NCBI GenBank assembly: GCA_964608585.1
Contig: CAZSOL010000001.1
Span: forward strand, 168,290-232,289
DNA: 64,000 nucleotides
DNA from: an uncultured Candidatus Saccharibacteria bacterium
GTDB taxonomy: Bacteria > Patescibacteriota > Minisyncoccia > Phycocordibacterales > Zambryskibacteraceae
Direction of reading: 5' to 3'
Each line of letters begins with the position of its first letter. Positions within the stretch are counted from its first letter, which is position 1. Of this stretch, positions 44,791 to 54,476 are shown piece after piece. A program made the translations under genes and the position numbers. Below the pieces are notes generated by a model. The model was not told the DNA's origin, did not search any database, and was given only the letters and a program-made list of their open reading frames with translations.

Positions 44791-45759
44791 TCAAGCCCCA
44801 CTATTGTTGTTCTCACTTGCCTCCAAAGCCTCAAAAATTGGCTCCATATAGCCTTGGAATATCTTCTGGATGTTATGCCAGCTTACATTTATACGGTGGT
44901 CGGTTATGCGGTCTTGGAGGATATTGTAGGTACGTATCTTCTCTGACCTGTCGGCGGTACCTATCTGGCTCTTCCTCTCCCCTGCATATTTCGCATCTTC
45001 CTCTTCTTTGGCCTTGGCCTCAAGCTTGGCTATAAGGATAGACATGGCCATCTCCTTGTTCTTGAGCTGGTTACGTTGGCTGGTGGATCGGACGTCTATA
45101 CCAGTGGGCTTGTGTATTATGCGCACAGCGGTCTCAACCTTGTTCACGTTCTGCCCACCCGCCCCACCAGAGCGTGAGGTCTCAATCTCTAGGTCTGTAG
45201 GTTTTATCTCTATCTTAGTCTTCTTCCTCACAGGAAGTACGGCTACCGAAGCAGTAGAAGTGTGTACTCTGCCAGTCTTCTCGGTATCTGGAACACGCTG
45301 GATACGGTGTACCCCTGTCTCATATCTAAGCTTTTTATAAACCCCAACTCCCCTAACTTCAAAAGACGCTTCCTTGTACCCATCAAGGCTTGAAAGCGAC
45401 TCATCTATTGATGCTACTCCCCATCCAACAAGTTTGGCATAAGCTATGTACATATCGGCAAGCTCCTTAGCAAAGAGTGCTGCCTCCTCCCCACCGGCCC
45501 CGGCCCTAACTTCTAATATGATTTCGTTGGGGAACTCCTCTTCCTTTTCTTCAGCCTTCACTATCTCTTCCATCTGTTTTAGAAGCTCTGACTTCTGCAA
45601 CTCAATATTTTTTAATTCCTCTTCCGCAAGCTTCTGCATTTCTGCATCTGTGCCAGCCATTGCTCTTGTCTCCTCCTCTTCTTTAAGCAAACGCTCAAAA
45701 GACAAAGCTAAATACTCTGTCTTGGGATTATCTTTATATTTTTGTATATTTGTTTCCAT
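44791..45759 (-). CDS. prfA: peptide chain release factor 1
   Basis: GGQ motif ([11 protein letters not shown]) and a PxT-type tripeptide (PDT) in [14 protein letters not shown], as in RF1 rather than the SPF of RF2. Confidence 0.85.
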   Translation of the reverse strand: METNIQKYKDNPKTEYLALSFERLLKEEEETRAMAGTDAEMQKLAEEELKNIELQKSELLKQMEEIVKAEEKEEEFPNEIILEVRAGAGGEEAALFAKELADMYIAYAKLVGWGVASIDESLSSLDGYKEASFEVRGVGVYKKLRYETGVHRIQRVPDTEKTGRVHTSTASVAVLPVRKKTKIEIKPTDLEIETSRSGGAGGQNVNKVETAVRIIHKPTGIDVRSTSQRNQLKNKEMAMSILIAKLEAKAKEEEDAKYAGERKSQIGTADRSEKIRTYNILQDRITDHRINVSWHNIQKIFQGYMEPIFEALEASENNNSGA

Positions 45760-45801
45760 AGCAAAAGCCTCGAAGTATATTGTACCCCGAGGCTTTAAAA
45801 C

Positions 45802-46056
45802 TTACTTCTTCGCCTTTGCCTGCTTTTGTTTGAAGCGCTCTACGCGACCTGCGGAGTCTAGGACCTTCTCCTGACCGGTGTAGAAGGGATGAGAAGCAGA
45901 AGATATTTCCACACGAAAGAGTGGATAGGTCTTACCATCCTTAGCCTTAGCCTCCTCAGTAGTCTCAACAGTTGAGGAGATGATATATTCCGCCCCATTA
46001 CCATTGTCCTTAAAGAGGACTGGGCGATAAACCTTTGCGTGTATATCCTTCTTCAT
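45802..46056 (-). CDS. rpmE: 50S ribosomal protein bL31 (type B, no zinc ribbon Cys)
   Basis: [17 protein letters not shown]...[20 protein letters not shown]. Confidence 0.85.
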   Translation of the reverse strand: MKKDIHAKVYRPVLFKDNGNGAEYIISSTVETTEEAKAKDGKTYPLFRVEISSASHPFYTGQEKVLDSAGRVERFKQKQAKAKK

Positions 46057-46079
46057 AAGGGTATCAATCTAACAATATT

Positions 46080-47447
46080 TTAGACATCTTGCAATAGGTC
46101 AATATTGCTCTGGATTGCGCTGGTTTTGGACATTACGCTATTGCCGTAAGAAAGCCCGGTATTAGCTCTACCTGTTGTGGAGTAGCAAGTCCTGCCAGAG
46201 TAATACCTGCAGGCTGCTGTGCGTTCGTCTATATATCTATCCCCTGTCGTACCCATAATATCGCTTAAGTATATGGCCATGGCTGTTATAGCATCATAAG
46301 GGTTCCATGGATCTGGAGTGGTCTTGTTTAAGGCATTAGAGATCTTACTCTTCATAAGGTTCCACGTAGATGGGATGAACTGGGCTGGCCCCATAGCTCC
46401 TCCATATCCTATAGAAAGTGGACAAGAGACCTTTGTCGTCAGCGGATCTCTACCAAGACTCCCCAGCAAGCTCTGAAGCGCTGGGAGGTCACGAGTTGGG
46501 TGTATGCCGTTAGCAAATATTCTACCGCTATTCACATTCCTAGTCTGTCCAGAGGAGAGGTCGGTTATGAGACATGTGCCCACATTCTTACCCAAGTTTG
46601 ACTCCTGTTGGAGTATGCCAAGTATAAAGGCTGCTCTAACCCCAGTCTTCTTGCTAGCTTCCTCGGCATACTGGAGAGCTGTACCGAAGGGTATAGCCTC
46701 TGCATCACGAAGACCGAAGAGGGCTGTACGTATAGCTGAGGCCTTAGCCTGCTTCTCAGCCACAAGAGTAGAGTAGGCCTTCTCTTGGTTTTGGCTCTGA
46801 GCAAGGAGAGTCTTTTGAGTCTTTTGGTCTGCTTCAACACTCCTCTTATTGGCTTCTATTATAGCCCTAGCCCTATCTTCTGCATCTCTTTGTTTGGCAA
46901 GTTCTGACTTATGACCCTCTGTCTCACTCTTTATTCCGCGCAAATTGTCTAGCAGGCCCTTCAAAGCTGTACGGGTTGCAGCATAAGCATCCACATCTAC
47001 GAAGAAGGATGAGAAGTCCTTCTCCGAGAGGACGGCTTCCGTAATAGAGTAAGAGTCGATCTCATTCGTCTTTCTGACGAGGTCAGCTATGTAATCAATG
47101 TTCAAATCTATTTGGTTCTCAAGCTTGTTTATCTCGTTCTCCTTCTTAACGATATTGGAATTTAGGTTGGCAATAGCTATAGTCTTTGACTTTATAGTAG
47201 CTTGAGCTGCGTTGATCTTGGCATTAAGCTTCGCCACCTCTGTTGCATAAGATGCAGTGTTCTTCTTGGTATTATTCAAAACTTCAGTCCACTTCTCTAT
47301 CTCGGCATTACAAGCCTCAAGGTCTCGCTCAAGCTCAGCATTGCTCTTGCCGGTGATATTTGTATTACAAGGGTCTGTCTGCGCATATATTGGAAGCGCA
47401 GAAGATAAGAAAACTATAGTTACAAACAATGTTCGAAAAAAGTGCAT
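46080..47447 (-). CDS. secreted coiled-coil protein with C-terminal lytic-transglycosylase-like (lysozyme-fold) domain
   Basis: Signal peptide, ~230 aa of coiled coil, then LGILQQESNLG (catalytic Glu block) and YGGAMGPAQFIPSTW (resembling the GLMQ block) of family-1 LTs. Confidence 0.6.
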   Translation of the reverse strand: MHFFRTLFVTIVFLSSALPIYAQTDPCNTNITGKSNAELERDLEACNAEIEKWTEVLNNTKKNTASYATEVAKLNAKINAAQATIKSKTIAIANLNSNIVKKENEINKLENQIDLNIDYIADLVRKTNEIDSYSITEAVLSEKDFSSFFVDVDAYAATRTALKGLLDNLRGIKSETEGHKSELAKQRDAEDRARAIIEANKRSVEADQKTQKTLLAQSQNQEKAYSTLVAEKQAKASAIRTALFGLRDAEAIPFGTALQYAEEASKKTGVRAAFILGILQQESNLGKNVGTCLITDLSSGQTRNVNSGRIFANGIHPTRDLPALQSLLGSLGRDPLTTKVSCPLSIGYGGAMGPAQFIPSTWNLMKSKISNALNKTTPDPWNPYDAITAMAIYLSDIMGTTGDRYIDERTAACRYYSGRTCYSTTGRANTGLSYGNSVMSKTSAIQSNIDLLQDV

Positions 47448-47472
47448 AATCTGATCCCGACAAGTCGGAATA

Positions 47473-48129
47473 TTACTCTGCTTTGTCGCCCTCAGTAGCC
47501 TCTGCTTCTGTTTCCTCCTTACCCTTCTTTTCTACCTCTATAGCAGAGAGATCTATTGGGGCACTCTCCTCCTCCTTCTCCTCACGAGGAGCGGAGACGA
47601 GAGCCACGACCTCCTCATCATTCTCTACAAGAGTCACTCCAGCAGGCATAACCAAATCTTTGGCCAAGATCTGACTATCAAAGCTGCTCAAGCTTGAGAT
47701 ATCAACCTCAATGCTGTGTGGTAAGTCCTTAGGCATTGCTTCAATATTCACAGCGTGTAGCACCTTGACCAAAACACCGCCGAGATCCTTCACCGCTGGA
47801 GCAACTCCCACGAACTCAAGAGGAACATCAACTTCAACCTTATGTCCTGCTTCAAAGACGTAGAAGTCTGCATGACGAGGTGCTCCCGTAACGGGGTCAA
47901 AATCTACATCGTGTATAAGACTATCTTTAGCTCCTTCTGAAGTCTCAAGAGTTATGACAGAAGACTCACCGGCTGACTGCCAAGCCTTTAAAAAGTCCAC
48001 TTTAGCGATAGTGATAGGAGTACTTGCCTCCTTCTTGCCATAAAAGACAGCTGGGATCTTACCTGCCTTTCTTAGAGCATCGAGCTTCTCGCTCTTATCT
48101 CGCATTTCTACCTTCAGTTTCATCATCAT
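47473..48129 (-). CDS. rplY: 50S ribosomal protein bL25 (Ctc-type, acidic C-terminal extension)
   Basis: N-terminal beta-barrel LKVEMRDKSEKLDALRKAGKIPAVFYGK plus the Ctc C-domain and an E/K-rich tail. Confidence 0.8.
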   Translation of the reverse strand: MMMKLKVEMRDKSEKLDALRKAGKIPAVFYGKKEASTPITIAKVDFLKAWQSAGESSVITLETSEGAKDSLIHDVDFDPVTGAPRHADFYVFEAGHKVEVDVPLEFVGVAPAVKDLGGVLVKVLHAVNIEAMPKDLPHSIEVDISSLSSFDSQILAKDLVMPAGVTLVENDEEVVALVSAPREEKEEESAPIDLSAIEVEKKGKEETEAEATEGDKAE

Positions 48130-48166
48130 CCCCTATTTTACCCAAATTATAGACAAAATCAACCCC

Positions 48167-49789
48167 CTATTCTGTCGCTATATGCCTCGCCAAATACTCT
48201 ATAGTTCCACCAACCTTCTTCCTTGGATTGAAGATATTTGATGGGTCAAAGATGTCCTTAGTCTGTTTAAAGAGTTTCAGAATTTCTGGTGAGTACATCT
48301 TGTGCAGATATGGCGTGCGGACAATACCGTCATTGTGCTCAGCTGTTATAGAACCTTTGTATTTGGCAACAAGACTAAAGAACTTATCAGCTACTACAGG
48401 GATCTTCTTCCTCTCCACTTCTTTAGTCAGATCCATAAGTGGAATAATATGGAAGTTACCGTTGCCTGCATGTCCAGCAATGTTGGCCTCTATCCCCGAC
48501 TCTTTAAGTATCTTAAGTGCTTGAGGCAAGAACTCTGGGACCTTCTCCGTTGGTATACAAAAGTCATCAACGAAAGGAGCTGTCCTCTTACCCTTCACAT
48601 GTTGACGAAGAAGGTTGAAGGACTCTCTTCGCATTACCCAAAACTTCTCCTCCTCGCTATCCTTCTCAACAACCCTAGACCAAACTTTAAAGGGCCTTAT
48701 CGCTTCTACAACTTGCTTGACCTTTGCTTTGACCAGATCCTCGCTCTCCTCAGAAACCTCAACTAAGATAATAAGCTTTGGAAGTCCAAGCATCCTCATG
48801 CCGATAAACACCTCTGGCAAGAACTTTAGTGCAAATTTGACCAAGCTTGTGTGTACCTTCTTAGCAATCTCCGGCATAAACTTGAGTCCAAGCTTCAGAG
48901 TATCTTCATCAAAGGTCTCAAGTGACTCTGGCTCGTGAGGGAGTATGGCATTCACCACTTTGGGCATATCATCCCAAGACTTGAAGAAGATTGCGACCAT
49001 ATCGTGATACTTCTTTTCTTTTGTAAGTTTAAGCTTCATCTCCGTCACGATACCTAAGGTGCCTTGAGAGCCAACCAAGAGCTTATTTAGGTCAAAAGTC
49101 TCTCCATCCCAAACATTCCAAAGGAAGTAGCCAGCCGAGTTCTTGGATACGTTCGGCTTTGCTTCTTTTATTATTTCCTTATTACTTTCTATCGAATCAA
49201 AGATGTTTTTGTATAAGTCACCCTCAAAGTCTCCTTGCTTCATCTTCGCTTCAAGTTCTAACTTATTTAGTGGTTTTACCAGATACTCATTACCATCAGA
49301 AAAGATAACCTTAGACTCCAAGATGAAGTTCTCCATTTGCCCATAGCGCAGGGTTCTCTCGCCAGCGGAATTGTTGCCAAACATCCCACCCAATGCGTTT
49401 AGACCCTTAGAAGCTGTATAACAAGGTAGAATTAGACCCTTCTCCAAAGTAAACTTTTCAAAATCTCTATAAAACATCCCCGGCTCCACTCTTACCTCGT
49501 TATTCTCTATTCCATATTCCTTATTCATATACCTCATCACATCAACGATAATAGACTCGCCAAGTGGTCCTCCTGTCATGTCAGATCCAGCTGCACGCAC
49601 TGTAATATTGTGCTCTGAGTGCTCTCCAACCCACTTCACTAGATTTTTTATATCTTCTGAGTCCTTTGGGAAAACTACCAGCTTCGGCTTAACCACAAAG
49701 AGACTTGCATCCTTGGAGTACTTCTTAAGAGTCTCCTCACTATCATCAACATCTCCCTTAAAAAACTTTTGTATCTCTTCCTTAGACAT
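48167..49789 (-). CDS. FAD-binding oxidoreductase (PCMH/GlcD-D-lactate dehydrogenase family)
   Basis: N-terminal FAD-binding PCMH pattern (VVFPKDSEDIKNLVKWVGEH...ITVRAAGSDMTGG) with the substrate-binding half C-terminal; 540 aa. Confidence 0.65.
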   Translation of the reverse strand: MSKEEIQKFFKGDVDDSEETLKKYSKDASLFVVKPKLVVFPKDSEDIKNLVKWVGEHSEHNITVRAAGSDMTGGPLGESIIVDVMRYMNKEYGIENNEVRVEPGMFYRDFEKFTLEKGLILPCYTASKGLNALGGMFGNNSAGERTLRYGQMENFILESKVIFSDGNEYLVKPLNKLELEAKMKQGDFEGDLYKNIFDSIESNKEIIKEAKPNVSKNSAGYFLWNVWDGETFDLNKLLVGSQGTLGIVTEMKLKLTKEKKYHDMVAIFFKSWDDMPKVVNAILPHEPESLETFDEDTLKLGLKFMPEIAKKVHTSLVKFALKFLPEVFIGMRMLGLPKLIILVEVSEESEDLVKAKVKQVVEAIRPFKVWSRVVEKDSEEEKFWVMRRESFNLLRQHVKGKRTAPFVDDFCIPTEKVPEFLPQALKILKESGIEANIAGHAGNGNFHIIPLMDLTKEVERKKIPVVADKFFSLVAKYKGSITAEHNDGIVRTPYLHKMYSPEILKLFKQTKDIFDPSNIFNPRKKVGGTIEYLARHIATE

Positions 49790-50642
49790 CCATCTTGTTG
49801 AAAACTTTTAATTTCTCTATCACAAGCTTCTTCATCTCTTCTACTCCTTCGGCTAGGAACTTATATGGTGCAAGCTCGTCTGTGCTCATCCCCTTCTCTA
49901 TACCCTTCTTGTAAGCTTGACGAAGCTCGGTGTTGATGTGGACTATACGGATGCCTGCGTCTATTGCATTCAGAACCTCCTCATCAGTGTTCCCCGATGC
50001 TCCATGGAGCACTAGAGGGATCTTCACAGCCTTGGCAATCTCCTTTATCCTCTTGATGTTTAGCTCGGGCTCACCACTCTTGATAAGTCCATGGATATTA
50101 CCGACCGATGGAGCAAAGAGATCTACTTGTGTCTCTTCTACAAACTTCTTTGCATCCTCAACCGTTGTTTGAGTTTCAACCGACACCCCTTCAGGTATCT
50201 CGTCCCTTAGCATGGAGCCAGAACCGATGAAGCCGAGCTCTCCCTCAACGAGCATCCCTTCGTGATGCTCTCTCGCATACTGTACTACCTCTTTGGTCAT
50301 CATCACGTTCTCAAAGAAGGGCTTCTCTGCTCCGTCTATGATGACTGCATCAAACTTATTATCTACCGCCTCCTTTGAGGCTTCCACCGAGTAAGTATGA
50401 TCAGCATTAAGATACACAGGTAATCCCTTGTCCTTCTCTACTTGCACAAGTGCTCTTATCTCAGCAACTCCGAGGAAACTCCTCTCCTTCTCAGATACTC
50501 CTATAATCACAGGGACATCAAGCTCCTTAGCAGCTCCAACAACTGCATTAAACCCTACCGAATCCGAAACGTTGAAGTGCCCTATGGCCACACCCTTCTC
50601 CTCTGCCCACACGATCCACTCTTTTAGTGTTTTGTTTGTCAT
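49782..50642 (-). CDS. fba: class II fructose-/ketose-bisphosphate aldolase
   Basis: Start at MTNKTLKEWIVWAEEKGVAIGHFNV, because the track ORF's extra N-terminus collides with the divergent kinase. VLHGASG and metal-binding His blocks present. Confidence 0.8.
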   Translation of the reverse strand: MTNKTLKEWIVWAEEKGVAIGHFNVSDSVGFNAVVGAAKELDVPVIIGVSEKERSFLGVAEIRALVQVEKDKGLPVYLNADHTYSVEASKEAVDNKFDAVIIDGAEKPFFENVMMTKEVVQYAREHHEGMLVEGELGFIGSGSMLRDEIPEGVSVETQTTVEDAKKFVEETQVDLFAPSVGNIHGLIKSGEPELNIKRIKEIAKAVKIPLVLHGASGNTDEEVLNAIDAGIRIVHINTELRQAYKKGIEKGMSTDELAPYKFLAEGVEEMKKLVIEKLKVFNKMDV

Positions 50643-50663
50643 ATTGATTGCTATAATTGTAGC

Positions 50664-51644
50664 ATGCATGATTTTATCGCTGTGGGAGACATTGTGAAGG
50701 ACACCTTTATCCGTCTTAAGGAGGCCGAAGTCAAGGAGACAGACAGCGAGCATAGCACTCTCTGTATGGCCTTCGGGGAGAAGATCCCCTTTGAGTCCGC
50801 TACTGTGGTCCACGCTGTAGGCAACAGCCCAAACGCCTCTGTATCAGCAGCTCGCCTTGGTCTCTCCTCTGCTCTTATCACCAACTTAGGTAGCGACGCA
50901 GATGGCGAAGAGAGTATAGCTGCTCTAGAAGCTCAAGGAGTGGACACAAGTCTAGTAACAGCACACAAAGGCAAGACGACGAATAGTCACTATGTCCTTT
51001 GGTACAAAGATGATCGCACCATACTTGTGAAGCATGAGGAGTATGACTACAAGTTCCCCGAGCCCAAGCCACCGAAGTGGCTCTACCTCTCCTCACTTGG
51101 CGAGAGTACCCTTGATTACCATAAGGAGCTGAACGCTTACTTGGTAATGAACCCTTCGGTATCCCTCGCCTTCCAACCAGGAACCTTCCAAATGAAGCTT
51201 GGTACTACAGAGCTTAAGGATATATACAAGAAGACGACTATCTTCTTCTGTAACATCGCCGAAGCCGAGAGGATCTTGGGAGTAGATACTCTAGGGGTTA
51301 AGGAGCTTATAAAGAGAATGCATGATCTAGGGCCCAAAATAGTAGTTCTCACAGATGGACACAACGGTACCTATGCCTATGCTGGAGAGGAGGTCATCTT
51401 CCAACCCATATATCCAGACGATAAGCCTCCCTACGAGCGTACTGGAGCAGGAGATGCCTTTGCCTCTACAACAGTAAGTGCGCTTGCACTAGGCAAGGAC
51501 CTTGAGACGGCTCTTAAGTGGGGCTCTATCAACTCTCAGTCAGTGGTGCAACAAATAGGTGCACAAAGAGGCTTACTTACAAGAAAAGAGATAGAAGAGA
51601 AGCTCAAGTCTGCTCCTATCGAGTTTGCATCAAAGACTTTATAG
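50664..51644 (+). CDS. pfkB: PfkB-family carbohydrate kinase (ribokinase/phosphofructokinase-B type)
   Basis: N-terminal GG-type motif and the C-terminal TGAGDAF anion hole. Divergent from fba with only 21 bp between start codons. Confidence 0.8.
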   Translation: MHDFIAVGDIVKDTFIRLKEAEVKETDSEHSTLCMAFGEKIPFESATVVHAVGNSPNASVSAARLGLSSALITNLGSDADGEESIAALEAQGVDTSLVTAHKGKTTNSHYVLWYKDDRTILVKHEEYDYKFPEPKPPKWLYLSSLGESTLDYHKELNAYLVMNPSVSLAFQPGTFQMKLGTTELKDIYKKTTIFFCNIAEAERILGVDTLGVKELIKRMHDLGPKIVVLTDGHNGTYAYAGEEVIFQPIYPDDKPPYERTGAGDAFASTTVSALALGKDLETALKWGSINSQSVVQQIGAQRGLLTRKEIEEKLKSAPIEFASKTL

Positions 51645-52602
51645 CTTCTACAATCGCCGACTTCCCCATTCCATAGTGCTCAATTAGCTCATCAGGGGTA
51701 CCAGATTGGCCGAAGTCATCCTGTACTCCAATAAACTTCATAGGTACAGGGAAGTTGGCTGCCAAACACTCGGCTACAGCACTACCCATACCACCGTGCA
51801 CTTGGTGCTCTTCTACCGTAACTATCTTCCCTGCTTTCTTGGCTAAAGCTATCACTGCCTTCTCATCTAGTGGCTTTATGGTAGAGAGGTTCATCACTTC
51901 TACTTCTACCTTACCCTCAAGTTCTTTAGCCGCTTCAAGTGCCTTATATAAGAGGGCTCCTGTAGCAATGATACCTACTGCGGGTTTTTTAGACTCCCAA
52001 ACTATCTGGGCCTTGCCTATTTGGAAGGAGGTGCTCTCGGTCGTCATTACTGGAGTCTTCTCCCTTGCAAGCCTTATGTATACAGGAGTCTTAGTCTTCG
52101 CTGCTTCTATAGTTGCCTTCTTGGCTTCTATAGCATCACAAGGAGATATAACTACCATGCGAGGGATGACACGAGTAATAGCAATATCTTCTATAGCTTG
52201 ATGCGTTCCTCCGTCAGGACCAACAGATATCCCCGCGTGAGAACCAGCTATCACAACTTTTTGGTTGTTGTAAGCGATAGTAGTGCGTATCTGCTCCCAA
52301 TTTCTCCCCGGACTAAACATTGCATACGAGGTGATAAAGGGGACCTTGCCCATCGCCGCCATACCCGAGGCGACAGAGGCTAAGTTCTGCTCTGCTACAC
52401 CAATCTCCACAAACCTGTTTGGAAACTTCTCTTTAAACAAATGTGTTTGAGAGGACTCTGTCAGATCTGCACAGAGAGCCACTACTTGTGGATCTGCCTC
52501 CCCTGCCTTCACAAGTCCCTCGCCAAAGCCCTTCCTTATCGGCACCTGCTCAATATCTTTATTAAATATCTTCGTATTTAGTTTTAAATCTTTGTTCAAC
52601 AT
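51616..52602 (-). CDS. tkt: transketolase, C-terminal (pyrimidine-binding and C-domain) subunit
   Basis: Start at MLNKDLKLNTK, 1 nt after the stop of the N-terminal subunit gene. Split-tkt arrangement. Confidence 0.85.
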   Translation of the reverse strand: MLNKDLKLNTKIFNKDIEQVPIRKGFGEGLVKAGEADPQVVALCADLTESSQTHLFKEKFPNRFVEIGVAEQNLASVASGMAAMGKVPFITSYAMFSPGRNWEQIRTTIAYNNQKVVIAGSHAGISVGPDGGTHQAIEDIAITRVIPRMVVISPCDAIEAKKATIEAAKTKTPVYIRLAREKTPVMTTESTSFQIGKAQIVWESKKPAVGIIATGALLYKALEAAKELEGKVEVEVMNLSTIKPLDEKAVIALAKKAGKIVTVEEHQVHGGMGSAVAECLAANFPVPMKFIGVQDDFGQSGTPDELIEHYGMGKSAIVEAIKSLMQTR

Positions 52603-52603
52603 A

Positions 52604-53467
52604 CTATTGGTGTTCACTAGAAATTTTCCCACCCAAGGTACGAAGTTCTTGTAGTGCCATCTTAGCTTCATCCTTGTTTGGTGGTTTGCCGTGCCAGCGA
52701 TAATCTCTCTCAAACTCCTTCACCCCCTTACCAGGGATAGTGTGAGCTATGATAACTGTAGGCTTTTCATATATAGCCTTCGCCTTCTCAAAGGCATCTG
52801 CAATCTCTTCTATATTGTGGCCATCAATCTCAATTACAAACCAGTTGAAGGCTCGCCATTTATCCGACAAGCTCTCTAAAGGCATGACCTCTTCTGTGTA
52901 TCCGTCTATTTGGATATTGTTCCTGTCTACCACAGCTACAAGGTTGTTTAGCCTGTTCTTACCGGCAAGCATTATAGCCTCCCAGTTTTGCCCTTCGTCT
53001 AACTCCCCGTCTCCAAGGAAGCAATATATCCTCCTCTCACCTTCCTTATGGTCCATCTTGTCGGCTATGGCCATACCCACTGCTTGCGAAAGTCCAGAGC
53101 CAAGAGGCCCTGAAGATGTCTCAAGAGCGGGCAAGAAGTCTCTATGTGGGTGACCCTGAAGTCTTGTGCCAAATTTACGCAAAGTCTTAAGCTCCTCCAC
53201 CTTAAAGTACCCAACATGTGCCATGGTGGCGTAGAGTACTGGACAAATGTGACCATTACTCAAAACTACTCTATCCCTCTCTGGCCACTTGGGGTCCTTG
53301 GGTTTATGTTTAAGTGAGTGGAAGTAGAGCGTGGTGAAGACATCTGTCATACCAAGAGGTCCTGCGGTATGCCCACTCCCCGCAGCAAGTAACATATCAA
53401 TAATAGAGATGCGGATGTTGTTCGCAGTCTCTCGTAGCTCTATTATTCTTTCGTCAGTGAGTTCCAT
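52604..53467 (-). CDS. tkt: transketolase, N-terminal (TPP-binding) subunit
   Basis: GSGHTAGPLGMTD, the GDGELDEGQNWE TPP motif and HTIPGKG. Confidence 0.85.
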   Translation of the reverse strand: MELTDERIIELRETANNIRISIIDMLLAAGSGHTAGPLGMTDVFTTLYFHSLKHKPKDPKWPERDRVVLSNGHICPVLYATMAHVGYFKVEELKTLRKFGTRLQGHPHRDFLPALETSSGPLGSGLSQAVGMAIADKMDHKEGERRIYCFLGDGELDEGQNWEAIMLAGKNRLNNLVAVVDRNNIQIDGYTEEVMPLESLSDKWRAFNWFVIEIDGHNIEEIADAFEKAKAIYEKPTVIIAHTIPGKGVKEFERDYRWHGKPPNKDEAKMALQELRTLGGKISSEHQ

Positions 53468-54030
53468 AATTCTTTAAAGTGCGACCCTACTATAAGTCTC
53501 GACACCCCCATCTCTCGTAAGATTTGATAATTCTCCAGACTCACTCCACCATCAACAGTGATCAACTTATCTGGAAACTTGTTTCTAACCTCTCTTATTC
53601 TATCAAATACTTTCTCATCAAAGGGGTGGCCCTGCTCTCCTATCTCTGCAATAGACATCATTTGTACAAAATCTGCCTGATATATATCTTGGAATACCTC
53701 CTCAAGTGGTACATGCATCTCAACAGCCAAACCAAGCTCTGCCTTGCTTCTTGCCTCAAGAATTTTGTTTCCAAGCTTATGAACTACTATCCTTCTTGCT
53801 CCACGATCTATCCACCTATCTACAAACTCTTCTGGGAAGTCCACCATAAGATGCACTTCAAAGTCCTTGCTCACTGGAGCCCACACATCGCTCTCAAGCA
53901 CATCAAGATGAAAGATAGGCACCTCTTGAGGTAGTTCCAAAACCTTGTCCACTAAATCTTGTGCATCTTTGGGTAAGACTGCTGGGATAATGGTGTCACT
54001 GGTCATGGGTAACTCTGTCGAACTTAGCAA
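53443..54030 (-). CDS. rpe: ribulose-phosphate 3-epimerase-like protein
   Basis: HLDVLESD, VHLMV and ITVDGGV blocks align with the Rpe TIM-barrel motifs. Divergent in sequence and short (195 aa). Confidence 0.55.
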   Translation of the reverse strand: MLSSTELPMTSDTIIPAVLPKDAQDLVDKVLELPQEVPIFHLDVLESDVWAPVSKDFEVHLMVDFPEEFVDRWIDRGARRIVVHKLGNKILEARSKAELGLAVEMHVPLEEVFQDIYQADFVQMMSIAEIGEQGHPFDEKVFDRIREVRNKFPDKLITVDGGVSLENYQILREMGVSRLIVGSHFKELWNSLTKE

Positions 54031-54475
54031 TACGTCTCACATGTCTCTCGTCATTTGAGAAGGGGGTCTCAAGCCACTCATGAGCAGCCTTCATCGCATC
54101 ATCTTCAGTAACAAATCTAGCCCCAATAGAAAGGACGTTGCCGTTGTTATGATCTCGAGAAAGTTTGATGATTGAGTCATTCTCCTCTACCAAAGATTTA
54201 CCACCACCATAGTAGACAGTGGCCCGAACATTCTTGAACCTATTAGCTAGCATTGCTTCTCCTTGACCAGACCCACCCATAATGATCCCTCTAGCATTAT
54301 TTGGGTTCATTGAGATCTCACGTGCCACCTGTGAGATGAAGTCTGGGAAGTCGTCTTGCTCATCATACTCAAAGGCCCCCTTATCCACTACCTCATGCCC
54401 CAAACTCTGCAGAAACGGTATAAGCTTCTGCTTAAGTCCAAATCCGGCGTGATCTGATCCTACAAATATTTTCAT
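53996..54475 (-). CDS. rpiB: ribose-5-phosphate isomerase B
   Basis: MKIFVGSDHAGFGLKQKL and GIIMGGSGQGEAMLANR. Confidence 0.85.
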   Translation of the reverse strand: MKIFVGSDHAGFGLKQKLIPFLQSLGHEVVDKGAFEYDEQDDFPDFISQVAREISMNPNNARGIIMGGSGQGEAMLANRFKNVRATVYYGGGKSLVEENDSIIKLSRDHNNGNVLSIGARFVTEDDAMKAAHEWLETPFSNDERHVRRIAKFDRVTHDQ

Positions 54476-54476
54476 A

